Below, in pieces: positions 48,714 to 57,097 of a stretch of DNA of 64,000 nucleotides. Each line of letters starts with the position of its first letter. The first letter of the stretch is position 1. The position numbers were made by a program, and so were the translations under genes. The DNA is taken from contig JAAETI010000489.1 in the NCBI GenBank assembly GCA_024228555.1, positions 8,332 to 72,331 of the forward strand. The letters run 5' to 3'. Below the pieces are notes generated by a model. That model saw only the letters and a list, made by a program, of their open reading frames with translations, searched no databases and was not told the origin of the DNA. Source of the stretch: a bacterium. Its GTDB lineage: Bacteria > Actinomycetota > Acidimicrobiia > Spongiisociales > UBA5794.

Positions 48714-50408
48714 CTAGATACTAAACGGTTCGATATCGAACGATCCGTCGTCCTCAAAAACGAACGGGCCACACGCGACGTCAAGCGTGGTCCCGATGTT
48801 CTTCGAGACTGGGAGGCCACCGATAGTTTTGGCTGCTTCTAGAGGATCCGTTCCTGGCGGAACATCGTTAACAGTCTGGACGAACATCCACTTCCTCCAC
48901 GGACCAAGCGGCAGCTTGTCGGCAGGGATCACGCCGTAATAGACACACAAGTATTCACGGTACTTGTCAATCAGTTCTAGCTCTTTGTCTGTGAGCTGGT
49001 CGCCAAGAGAGGTCTGACCGTGGCTAACGGCATCGTCGTCGGTCTTGCGACTTTCGACCCACGCGGTGTTCGTATACGCAGCCGCCGCCACCTTGGGGTA
49101 CTTATCTTGGCCAATGCCTTGCCACGGCCGCAAAACCACCGGATAGTCCTCGTCCTTTCCTACCGGACTCAGGTGCGCGACACAGAAGAACCTGTCGCAC
49201 GGCACCGGCTCCTTCTGCTCGTTCTCAGGGTCTTGGATCACCAGCCCGAACAACCGAATCAGGTCGTCTGGGCGGTAGACGCTGCGGTCCGTAATCAGCT
49301 TGTTGAACAACAGATAGTGCCGGTTCCGTCTCTCCTCAGCGTTGCTGTGCTGGAGCACTCCGCTATCAGAGCGTCGCTCGTAGGTGTACTCCGTATCCAG
49401 AGTGAATGGGATGCCCGGGATGGGGAACTCGCGGTAGCGGATTGCCACATCTGTGTACTCCTCGAGAGTCATGTCACCGGCTTGAGGCGGCGTGGCCGCC
49501 TGACCCTCCCGCGTCGGGTCAACGTCGTCCGACAATGCCGCTGCGATAGCCGCTGCCGCCGCGGCGCCCGCAAGTATTGAACCGCCTACTGTGTTGGGCG
49601 TATCCAACCGCACGAAATTGAGCGGGTTGCAGACATCCAGCTGGAACTCAACATCGAAACCGTTCAATCCCAGCATGCCTGGCTGCACGACGTTCTGCCC
49701 AATACTCCCGTCCCAAACGTGCTCATTCGACAATGCGACCATGTTGTTGGCAGCATCGAATGCAAGAGCACCGAGGGTCCCATACGAGTATGCCTTATCG
49801 TCGAGCCCGGTCGATATTCCGCCGACGAGAGGCTCGAACCGGTCGTCGCGATGACCGCTTTCACCCTCGGTTACGCGCAGCGGCTTCATCTCGATGACAT
49901 CGGTTGGTGTCTCGTCGATATGGGTAGGGATTGGGTCGAGCCCACGCTTGCCGAGTTCCTCAGCTTCGAGTTTGCTCTCAACGTAGAAGTGAATCGCAAT
50001 CTCGTCGGTGAAGCGCCCAGCAACGATCTTGCTACCAACCCCAATACCGGTGATGTTTGGGCGACCAAGCCACTCGCCCTCCAGTCTTTCTTTGACAGCG
50101 AGTGCAGCTTCGGTGGCTGCCTCAACCTCATTGGCAACAACGGAAGCGCCAGGTTCTACGATATCGACCGGCACCCCCTCGATCTCTGTCGGCAAAACGC
50201 TCCAACCGCGCTCCTTGAGCTCGTTCTTGCCCAGTTTGTCAGTGACAGTGATAACGATCGATGCGACACCGGTCAGCTTGCCGGCGGTACGTTTGGTTCC
50301 CGCCCCCACGAGTTCAACGCCCGGTTGCCGCAGCAACCCAGCGGTGTGACGGCGAGCCACATCGATAGCGTTCTCAAGCTCTAGTGCGAATTCCTTGGAT
50401 AGTGCCAT
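48714..50408 (-). CDS. N-terminal half of a Nal1-type trypsin-like (S1) protease (His only) with duplicated pro-domain, hydrophobic helix and C-terminal beta-rich region
   Basis: Two copies of VxGxGxGxK...TG...I...V..K...P..I.G.P.D.VE; then FEPLVGGISTG...YGTLG...LSNEH230V...VVQPG; no DxA or GDSGS; AGAAAAAAIAAAL helix; TDRSVYRP (MG2/Ig-like start). Confidence 0.8.
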   Translation of the reverse strand: MALSKEFALELENAIDVARRHTAGLLRQPGVELVGAGTKRTAGKLTGVASIVITVTDKLGKNELKERGWSVLPTEIEGVPVDIVEPGASVVANEVEAATEAALAVKERLEGEWLGRPNITGIGVGSKIVAGRFTDEIAIHFYVESKLEAEELGKRGLDPIPTHIDETPTDVIEMKPLRVTEGESGHRDDRFEPLVGGISTGLDDKAYSYGTLGALAFDAANNMVALSNEHVWDGSIGQNVVQPGMLGLNGFDVEFQLDVCNPLNFVRLDTPNTVGGSILAGAAAAAAIAAALSDDVDPTREGQAATPPQAGDMTLEEYTDVAIRYREFPIPGIPFTLDTEYTYERRSDSGVLQHSNAEERRNRHYLLFNKLITDRSVYRPDDLIRLFGLVIQDPENEQKEPVPCDRFFCVAHLSPVGKDEDYPVVLRPWQGIGQDKYPKVAAAAYTNTAWVESRKTDDDAVSHGQTSLGDQLTDKELELIDKYREYLCVYYGVIPADKLPLGPWRKWMFVQTVNDVPPGTDPLEAAKTIGGLPVSKNIGTTLDVACGPFVFEDDGSFDIEPFSI

Positions 50409-50417
50409 CGCTGCCCC

Positions 50418-52316
50418 CTAGCTATTGAAGTGGACGTTGAACAGGTTGACGACGTCTCGTATCGGGTTTGCGGTCGCTTGGCCACCTTCGTCGTCGGTCG
50501 GTCCGGCGAAGTTCAGGGCAACCGGACGGAAGCTGCTCAGCTTCACCCAGATCGATCCGGAGTCACCCGCTTGGGAAAGAGGTTGATCCTCCGGGGCAGC
50601 CAACTGGGTTACCGTCACCTGGTTGGTATAGGTAATGACAGTGCCATCGTCCTGGGTTACCGGCGCTGTGGCATTAACAGAGAGAACCGCTCCTCTTGTT
50701 GTGGCGCTGCGTGCACCCGATTTGAACACAAGGTCACCAGTCATGGGGTCTTCAATTCCGCTGTCGCCATTGTCACTGCGGTCAATGGCGATTGTCCCGT
50801 CGAGCGAAAGGACCGGCAAACCGTTGTTGCGGTCATCACCTTGGGCGTCCAGAACGTTGAGATCGACACCACGACTCCCATCGAGAGTCGCCACTGCAGC
50901 GTCCACGTTGCTCGTTGCCCGATTGGACAGCTGCGCAATCTGCCCGATGATGAACTTCGGGTCCGAGCCAGCCGTGACCGAATCAACAATTGCTGACGCG
51001 ATCGCCAGCAGCACGGCAAGGATGATCAGGACAACCTTCCACCAGGGATCCTCAAATGCCAGAGGACCGAACTGACCGGCGTACGCCGGGTTCGGAATCA
51101 CTCGGTAGTCAAACTCAATCGGTAGCCAGAAGAAAGGTTGGAACCGGCACCAGTCGTCTCCGCCAGGACCTTCTCCGAGGCCGCCGCTTTCTGGACCACC
51201 CCAGGGCCCTTCCCAATCGGAGCCCGGATTGTCACCACCCGGCTCGAGACCGGCACATTCGCAATACCGCTTCAGGAGATCGGACAGGAGACAGGGATCG
51301 ACGTCGCCTCCAGCTAGAAGGTCCTCCATGAAGCGACGCAGTCTGTCCCGAACGTCTTCGTCTAACGACCCGCCGCCTCCCGGATGGGGCGGTTTGCGGG
51401 TACAGGGTTTTAGCCTGGCGGCTGCCACCGACTTCTCCGCGTTGTGGCGGTCGACAAGCACTCGTTTGAGGCGCATGTGGACCCGGCCCTCTGGTACCTC
51501 CGCCACGAGCTCGCCGCTGGCTGGATCATACGTGGACCGTGAAACGAATATCTGCCGCAACACCTGGCGATCCGGTGCATCATATGCGTTGTCCCACGCT
51601 ATACGCTGGGCAACGAACGCGGGTTCAGGTTTGCCCGGCCCGGCAGCCGACGCATCGACCTTGAAGTAGATAGTCGTATCGTCCCCAACGCGCAGAGTCG
51701 GCACCCTTATGAATCCGTTCTTCACCTCTTGCTGGAATGCGGCCTGTTCTTGGGAACCCCATGAATCCACAACAACTATCCCCTGGGAGCCAAGCGCCGT
51801 CTTGCTCGAAGGGGCGATACCAATCGAGAATCCCATCCACGGCTCCCAATCGAAGTGCCAATCGTTGCGGATCTTGACACCCATGTACTGCACGCCCTGG
51901 CTCACGTCGAATATGCCGTCGGGGGCCATCATGAGCGTGCCACGGTCGATCGCAAACGGTCGCTGCACCACATCGAATGCTGGGTTGAGGTCCTCACAAA
52001 TGACCACCAGATCGTCGAAGTCTCCATCGCGATTTGCCGCGGCGTTGTCGTCTGCACTCAATACATGAACGATCACGAGCGGGCTCTTGCTTCCGATTCC
52101 CCGGCTTACCAAGCTGTTCTGCCAACCCGAGCCAGCGTCGTTGTTCCACTGCAGCTGCACGGTCCAGCTGTCCCCATCGACAACAACTTCATTGCCGACC
52201 ACGCCAGCGTGAGCGCCGTTACCGAGGACAGCACCGTTCACCACAAACCGTTGCGAGAACCCTGCATTCTTGATTGAAACGCGTAGTTTCCACTTGCCCG
52301 CGAATAGTTCCGCCAT
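50418..52316 (-). CDS. C-terminal half of the same S1 protease (Asp + Ser) fused to N-terminal beta-domains and a TM helix
   Basis: GGGAGG RBS; N-terminal domain ending DGDFDDLVV; Gly-rich linker; TM WWKVVLIILAVLLAIASAIV (aa ~425-445); IIGQIA...D472AAVA, FKSGARSATTRG, GDS586GS, ALNFAG, ANPIRDV; no His motif. Confidence 0.85.
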   Translation of the reverse strand: MAELFAGKWKLRVSIKNAGFSQRFVVNGAVLGNGAHAGVVGNEVVVDGDSWTVQLQWNNDAGSGWQNSLVSRGIGSKSPLVIVHVLSADDNAAANRDGDFDDLVVICEDLNPAFDVVQRPFAIDRGTLMMAPDGIFDVSQGVQYMGVKIRNDWHFDWEPWMGFSIGIAPSSKTALGSQGIVVVDSWGSQEQAAFQQEVKNGFIRVPTLRVGDDTTIYFKVDASAAGPGKPEPAFVAQRIAWDNAYDAPDRQVLRQIFVSRSTYDPASGELVAEVPEGRVHMRLKRVLVDRHNAEKSVAAARLKPCTRKPPHPGGGGSLDEDVRDRLRRFMEDLLAGGDVDPCLLSDLLKRYCECAGLEPGGDNPGSDWEGPWGGPESGGLGEGPGGDDWCRFQPFFWLPIEFDYRVIPNPAYAGQFGPLAFEDPWWKVVLIILAVLLAIASAIVDSVTAGSDPKFIIGQIAQLSNRATSNVDAAVATLDGSRGVDLNVLDAQGDDRNNGLPVLSLDGTIAIDRSDNGDSGIEDPMTGDLVFKSGARSATTRGAVLSVNATAPVTQDDGTVITYTNQVTVTQLAAPEDQPLSQAGDSGSIWVKLSSFRPVALNFAGPTDDEGGQATANPIRDVVNLFNVHFNS

Positions 52317-53021
52317 TGCAAACCTCCCGATGTCCCCTTCGGTTTGGGATTCGATGGAGAGCCCGGTGTCCGCGATCCCCCAGGGTCGACTCCCGTCACC
52401 ACTGTTTATCTCGACGACGCCATAATCCTACGCGGAGCTGGCGCAGTATGGTTCCCCAATCTTGGCAATGAGCTTCGTATAAGTCCCATGCGATCTTCCC
52501 GGACAAGGTTCTCGAGCCGGACTGACGATCTCCCACTCGATCGCGGCTGTCAACGATCCCGCCCGCTCCCAATCCGGGACGGCAGCGGCAATCAGCGCTG
52601 GAGGATGGATCGGACCGTCATCGGGCCTTGGCCGGTCGGCCAATGGGGCTCTTGCCTCCACCATCGTCGGTGCGCACTCGACGATATGGCACGCGAATTC
52701 ATCATGGAATCGATGACCCGTCGGCAAAATAGGCGGCGTCCAGCAAGAAGTGGGAGGGTATCGCGTTGACACCCGGCCGGGTTCAGCCAATGGCCATTCT
52801 GTTGCGCTACCTCGCGTCCGTGCTCGTGCTCGGCAGTTGGCAGAGCTGAAGAGCCGGTGATCAGGATGCGAGGCCTGCCGCGCTGGCTTCGGAGACGCTC
52901 CGGAATGCCCCAGGGCCCAAGCTGGTAGCCCGTTGCTGATCGACGACCGAGGGTGAGCAGCGGAATCAAGTGACAAACCGTGTCGTCTCCAGTGGTTCCG
53001 GTGTTACCGAGTCGTTGCGCG

Positions 53022-54089
53022 CTACCCCTGTAAGCACGGGGCCGCGCCGACGAGCGCCGGTTGTCCCGAGTTCTCGATGAACGCCGGGATCATACAAGCG
53101 TCGATCGTGCCATCCGGAGCAACCAATACCCTGCCGATTGCCGTTGTCGCCCCAGCATGCGACAACCGGGGCCAGACAAAGTTGCCGAGTGTCCAGAAGA
53201 CCGGCTTGCCCTCGATGAATTCGAGTTCGCCCAGACGATGAGGGTGGTGCCCGAAGATGACATCTGCCCCGGCTTCGATCATGGCAACGGCCCTCGCCCT
53301 GTCGTCAGGCCGCGGCTCGGCCTCGAGCTCGAACAGCCAGTGGATGGATACGACCACGATGTCGGCGATCTCAGCGGCTGCCGTGACGGCACGAACCATC
53401 TGAGCGGTGTCGTCCCCCGATGCCATTCCCGGGTCATCGTCGGTTGCCAGCCAGCCGCCGTGCACCACGACGCCGTTCATTCCCAAGACGGCCACCCTCC
53501 ATCCATTGACATCAACGATTGCCGGTGAGATTGCCTCCTCGACGTCGCTGCCCACGCCAACAGGGGCAATCCCGGCTGCCGCCACGTTGAGTTTTGAGTC
53601 GAGCATTGCCTCAACCCCGTAGTCCATACCGTGATTGTTGGCCAGATTGGCGACGTCGACACCGTTGGCGGCCAGCACCGGAAGTGCGGCAGGATCACAC
53701 CTGAAGTTGAACGCATACGGTTGCTTGCTTCCGAGGTTCGATGAGGCACACTCGAGGTTCATCACGGTCAGATCGTCGGCCACCAACAGGCCGTCAAGAG
53801 CTTCGAAGGCGTATTCATAGCCCTCTGTTGCGAGGTTCGGGATGTAGCTCGGATCGAAGTTGCTGTCCCCAACCCCTTGGATGGTGAGCCATCCCTTCTC
53901 CGGGACCGGAGGCTCGGTTGTCGTGGTCGGGAGAGTGGTCCTCGGAGATGTCGTTGCTACCGGAGGCAGAGGCACGAGAGAAGTCTCTCCCATCGCCGGG
54001 TCGACCAGCACATCGGAGCTGCAGGAAGCCAGCCCGGAGGCGAGGAGTGCGACCAGAGCCGCGGTGATCAGACGAGGTGTTTCCTGCAT
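53022..54089 (-). CDS. CapA/PGA_cap family metallophosphoesterase-like lipoprotein
   Basis: Lipobox LASC, Thr-rich linker, GDSN, NLEC, LANNHGMDYG, VSIHW, FGHHPH, WTLGNFVW. Confidence 0.92.
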   Translation of the reverse strand: MQETPRLITAALVALLASGLASCSSDVLVDPAMGETSLVPLPPVATTSPRTTLPTTTTEPPVPEKGWLTIQGVGDSNFDPSYIPNLATEGYEYAFEALDGLLVADDLTVMNLECASSNLGSKQPYAFNFRCDPAALPVLAANGVDVANLANNHGMDYGVEAMLDSKLNVAAAGIAPVGVGSDVEEAISPAIVDVNGWRVAVLGMNGVVVHGGWLATDDDPGMASGDDTAQMVRAVTAAAEIADIVVVSIHWLFELEAEPRPDDRARAVAMIEAGADVIFGHHPHRLGELEFIEGKPVFWTLGNFVWPRLSHAGATTAIGRVLVAPDGTIDACMIPAFIENSGQPALVGAAPCLQG

Positions 54090-54094
54090 ACTTC

Positions 54095-54330
54095 TCACTT
54101 GGCCGGATTCAGGTCAAGATCGGCGAGAAATACATCGCTCGAAGGCTCACGTCCAAAGAACGCACGTGGATGCTCGAAGGCATCGCGGCGGTGACCCATG
54201 GCTAGGACCTCAACGCGGAAGCAGCGACCTACCTCCGGGCTCAGAATCCCCTCATCTGCAAGGACTGAGAACATGTCGTCAGCGTACACATTCGACCACA
54301 GGTATCCGTAGTAGCCTCACAAACCCAAAA
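54095..54330 (-). pseudogene. C-terminal remnant of an M3-family (oligopeptidase A/Dcp/thimet-like) metallopeptidase
   Basis: After an in-frame stop: GYYGYLWSNVYADDMF...GILSPEVG...FR.EVL..G...FFGREPS...FL; the HExxH region is absent. Confidence 0.75.
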
Positions 54331-54534
54331 AAATGGCACCCAATACACCACGTCCCGGGACCGGATCAACGCCGGCGCTGACCAGGGGAAGACACGCCCA
54401 AGGGGCGGCCCGTTTTCGTTATTGTGCACATTGGTCGCTCCGAGCTAGGACCAGATTCACGACAACGAGGGTCCGGACGATCCATCGGCGGACTAGCTTG
54501 AGGCTGTGCAAAGTACCCGATCGAGAGGGCGGAC

Positions 54535-54996
54535 GTGGCGGAGACGATTCTGACGGTCAACGGTTCCTCCGTCACTGTCGACGCACCGCCCGAGATGCCG
54601 CTGCTGTGGGTGTTCAGGGACCTCTTGCATCTGACCGGCACGAAGTACGGATGCGGAATCGGGCAATGCGGGTCCTGCACGGTTCACCTCGATGAGACAC
54701 CCGTTCGTTCCTGCGTCACGCCGCTCGCACAGGTGGATGGCAGGGCCATTACAACCATCGAGGGGCTATCAGCTACCGGGGCCCATCCCCTCCAAGAGGC
54801 GTTTGTCGAACTCAATGTCGCCCAGTGCGGATATTGCCAACCCGGGCAGATCATGACGGCAGCGGCCCTGCTCATCCGACGACCCAACCCCACCGAGGAT
54901 GAGGTAGCGGAGACGATGCGCGATGTGCTGTGTCGATGCGGCACGTACCTCCGGATTCGGGAAGCGATCAGACTCACGGCGGAGCGCCAACAATGA
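54535..54996 (+). CDS. (2Fe-2S)-binding small subunit, IorA/CoxS family
   Basis: [29 protein letters not shown]. Confidence 0.95.
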   Translation: MAETILTVNGSSVTVDAPPEMPLLWVFRDLLHLTGTKYGCGIGQCGSCTVHLDETPVRSCVTPLAQVDGRAITTIEGLSATGAHPLQEAFVELNVAQCGYCQPGQIMTAAALLIRRPNPTEDEVAETMRDVLCRCGTYLRIREAIRLTAERQQ

Positions 54997-57008
54997 GTCC
55001 ATCCATGGATCGCCGAACCTTCATTCGATCCATGGCGGTGGGGAGTGGCGGCATGCTGCTCAGCGTGTGGCTCGGCTCCTGCAGCGATACCGATGCATCG
55101 CCAACGACTACCACCCAATCGCCGACAACGACGAGTCCGCTCCCGACCACCACGGAAGGGATAGCGGGTGATCCGACCGCGCAGTGGGACGCACACCTGT
55201 TGCTTCGCATTGACGGCGACGGGACGATTACGGTCACGGTCCCGAAGAGCGAGATGGGGCAAGGGGTCAAGACGGCTTTGGCAATGATCGTTGCCGAAGA
55301 ACTCGACGCCGATTGGTCGAGCATCCGGGTCACAACGGCAGATGCCGGACGGACCTACGGAGATCAGGTCACCGGGGGCAGCCTGAGTATGTCGACCAGG
55401 TTTGACTCGATGCGCCGGGTCGGGGCAACCGCCCGGCACATGCTCATCGCGGCCGCCGCGGCCGAATGGGGAATCGACATCACCGATTGCGCTACAGAGC
55501 CTGGAGTCGTCGTCGAGCGCAACGGCAGCCGCCGCATCGGATACGGCGCCCTTGCCGACCGGGCCGCAACTATCGAACCGCCGCCCGCTTCCGAGGTCGA
55601 GTTGAAAGATCCGAGTTCGTTCAGAATCATCGGGACGGAGATGGGTGCGATCGATGCGCCCGACATCGTCTCCGGTGCCGCAATCTATGGCTCGGACGTC
55701 GTACTGCCGGGCATGGTCATGGGCACGGTCGCCCGCTCGCCAGTCTTCGGGGGCCGAGTCGCCGAATACGATGACACCGCCGCCTTGGCGACTGCCGGAG
55801 TCGTCGACGTTGTCGAGATTTCCACGGGTGTGGCAGTTCTGGCGGAGAGTACGTGGGCGGCCATCAAAGGTCGCGACGCTCTACAGATAACGTGGGACAA
55901 CCGCGGCAACGTCGAGCTCAGCGATACGTCGATACGACGCACCCTCCTGGACCGGCTTGACCCGGCCGATCCAGCGCCCGATGCGATCAGCGCCGACTAC
56001 ACCTTCCCCTATTTCCCCCATGGTGCGATCGAACCTCTGACCTGCGTTGCAGACGCCACCGCGGATCACTGTGAGATGTGGGCGGCCACGCAGCATCCGC
56101 AACTCGCCCGAGCCGTCGCCGGCAGAGGTAGTTCGCTTCCAACGGATCAGGTCACACTTCATGTTCCGCTGATTGGAGGCGGCTTCGGACGCCGCCTCGA
56201 CCAGGACTTCGTCGAGGAGGCCGCCGAGCTCTCCGCTGTTGCCGGACGACCGATCAAGCTGTTTTGGAGCCGCAGCGATGACCTGCGCCACGACCGGTAC
56301 CACCCCGCAAGTGTGTGCCGCGCCTCGGGTAGCCCAACGGATCAGAACGAAATCAATCTGGACATGCAGCTCGCCTGGAACGATGGAATCCCAACCGGAA
56401 GCTGGAGGTCCGTGACCGACGTCCCCCAGGCCTTCGCTCACGAATGCTTTGTCGATGAACTGGCCCATGCTGCAGGAGCCGATCCCTACGAGTACCGGCG
56501 GGCATTGCTCAACCCGCGGGAGCAGGCGACTCTCGATCTGGCCGCACGAGAAGCCGGTTGGGGGAATACCATGCCGCCCGGTTGGGGACGCGGCATCGCC
56601 CATCACTCAATGTGGGACGTCACCCCAACAACGATCGTGGCCGAGGTGTCTGTGGACGATGGCGACATCCGTGTTCACCGCATCGTGTGTGCCCTCGACT
56701 GCGGAATCGTGATCAACCCGGACACGGTTGCAGCGCAAATCGAAGGGGCTGTTGCCTTCGCCTTGTCCGCGACGTTGCACGGTGGCGTAACGATTGCCGA
56801 AGGCGCAGTCACGGAATCGAACTTCCACGATGCCCCAATCATTCGGTTTGACGAAATGCCTGAGGTCGAGGTCCATACCGTCGCGTCCGTAGGATCACCC
56901 ACCGGAATCGGCGAAGCTGGAGTGCCTCCGGTAGCACCCGCAATCGCCAATGCGGTGTTCGCTGCTTCGGGAATTCGACTGCGCGACCTGCCCCTCACGC
57001 TCTCGTGA
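54993..57008 (+). CDS. Molybdopterin-binding large subunit, IorB/xanthine dehydrogenase family, with Tat signal and lipobox
   Basis: DRRTFIRS Tat motif, LGSC lipobox, SEMGQG, QVTGGS, GGGFGRR, WRSV, GEAGVPP. The ATG at 54993 overlaps the small-subunit stop. Confidence 0.92.
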   Translation: MSPSMDRRTFIRSMAVGSGGMLLSVWLGSCSDTDASPTTTTQSPTTTSPLPTTTEGIAGDPTAQWDAHLLLRIDGDGTITVTVPKSEMGQGVKTALAMIVAEELDADWSSIRVTTADAGRTYGDQVTGGSLSMSTRFDSMRRVGATARHMLIAAAAAEWGIDITDCATEPGVVVERNGSRRIGYGALADRAATIEPPPASEVELKDPSSFRIIGTEMGAIDAPDIVSGAAIYGSDVVLPGMVMGTVARSPVFGGRVAEYDDTAALATAGVVDVVEISTGVAVLAESTWAAIKGRDALQITWDNRGNVELSDTSIRRTLLDRLDPADPAPDAISADYTFPYFPHGAIEPLTCVADATADHCEMWAATQHPQLARAVAGRGSSLPTDQVTLHVPLIGGGFGRRLDQDFVEEAAELSAVAGRPIKLFWSRSDDLRHDRYHPASVCRASGSPTDQNEINLDMQLAWNDGIPTGSWRSVTDVPQAFAHECFVDELAHAAGADPYEYRRALLNPREQATLDLAAREAGWGNTMPPGWGRGIAHHSMWDVTPTTIVAEVSVDDGDIRVHRIVCALDCGIVINPDTVAAQIEGAVAFALSATLHGGVTIAEGAVTESNFHDAPIIRFDEMPEVEVHTVASVGSPTGIGEAGVPPVAPAIANAVFAASGIRLRDLPLTLS

Positions 57009-57097
57009 CGGTAGAGGAACTCGGTCACGGGACCCGGCGACTCGTGTCGCCCGGCTGTGCAATCCACAAGGGAGGGCGTCGGGATGATCTGCCGCGG

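Noticed and set aside
48714-52316. Single protease gene broken by a frameshift or premature stop
   Set aside because: The C-half gene lies upstream of the N-half gene, both have their own RBS and long unrelated flanking domains, and both ORFs are clean.
52330-53020. Genes in the ~690-bp gap between the split-protease pair and capA (ORFs of 125-182 aa)
   Set aside because: No recognisable motifs or RBS and conflicting frames; it may be a decayed gene or the promoter region, but no call is supportable.
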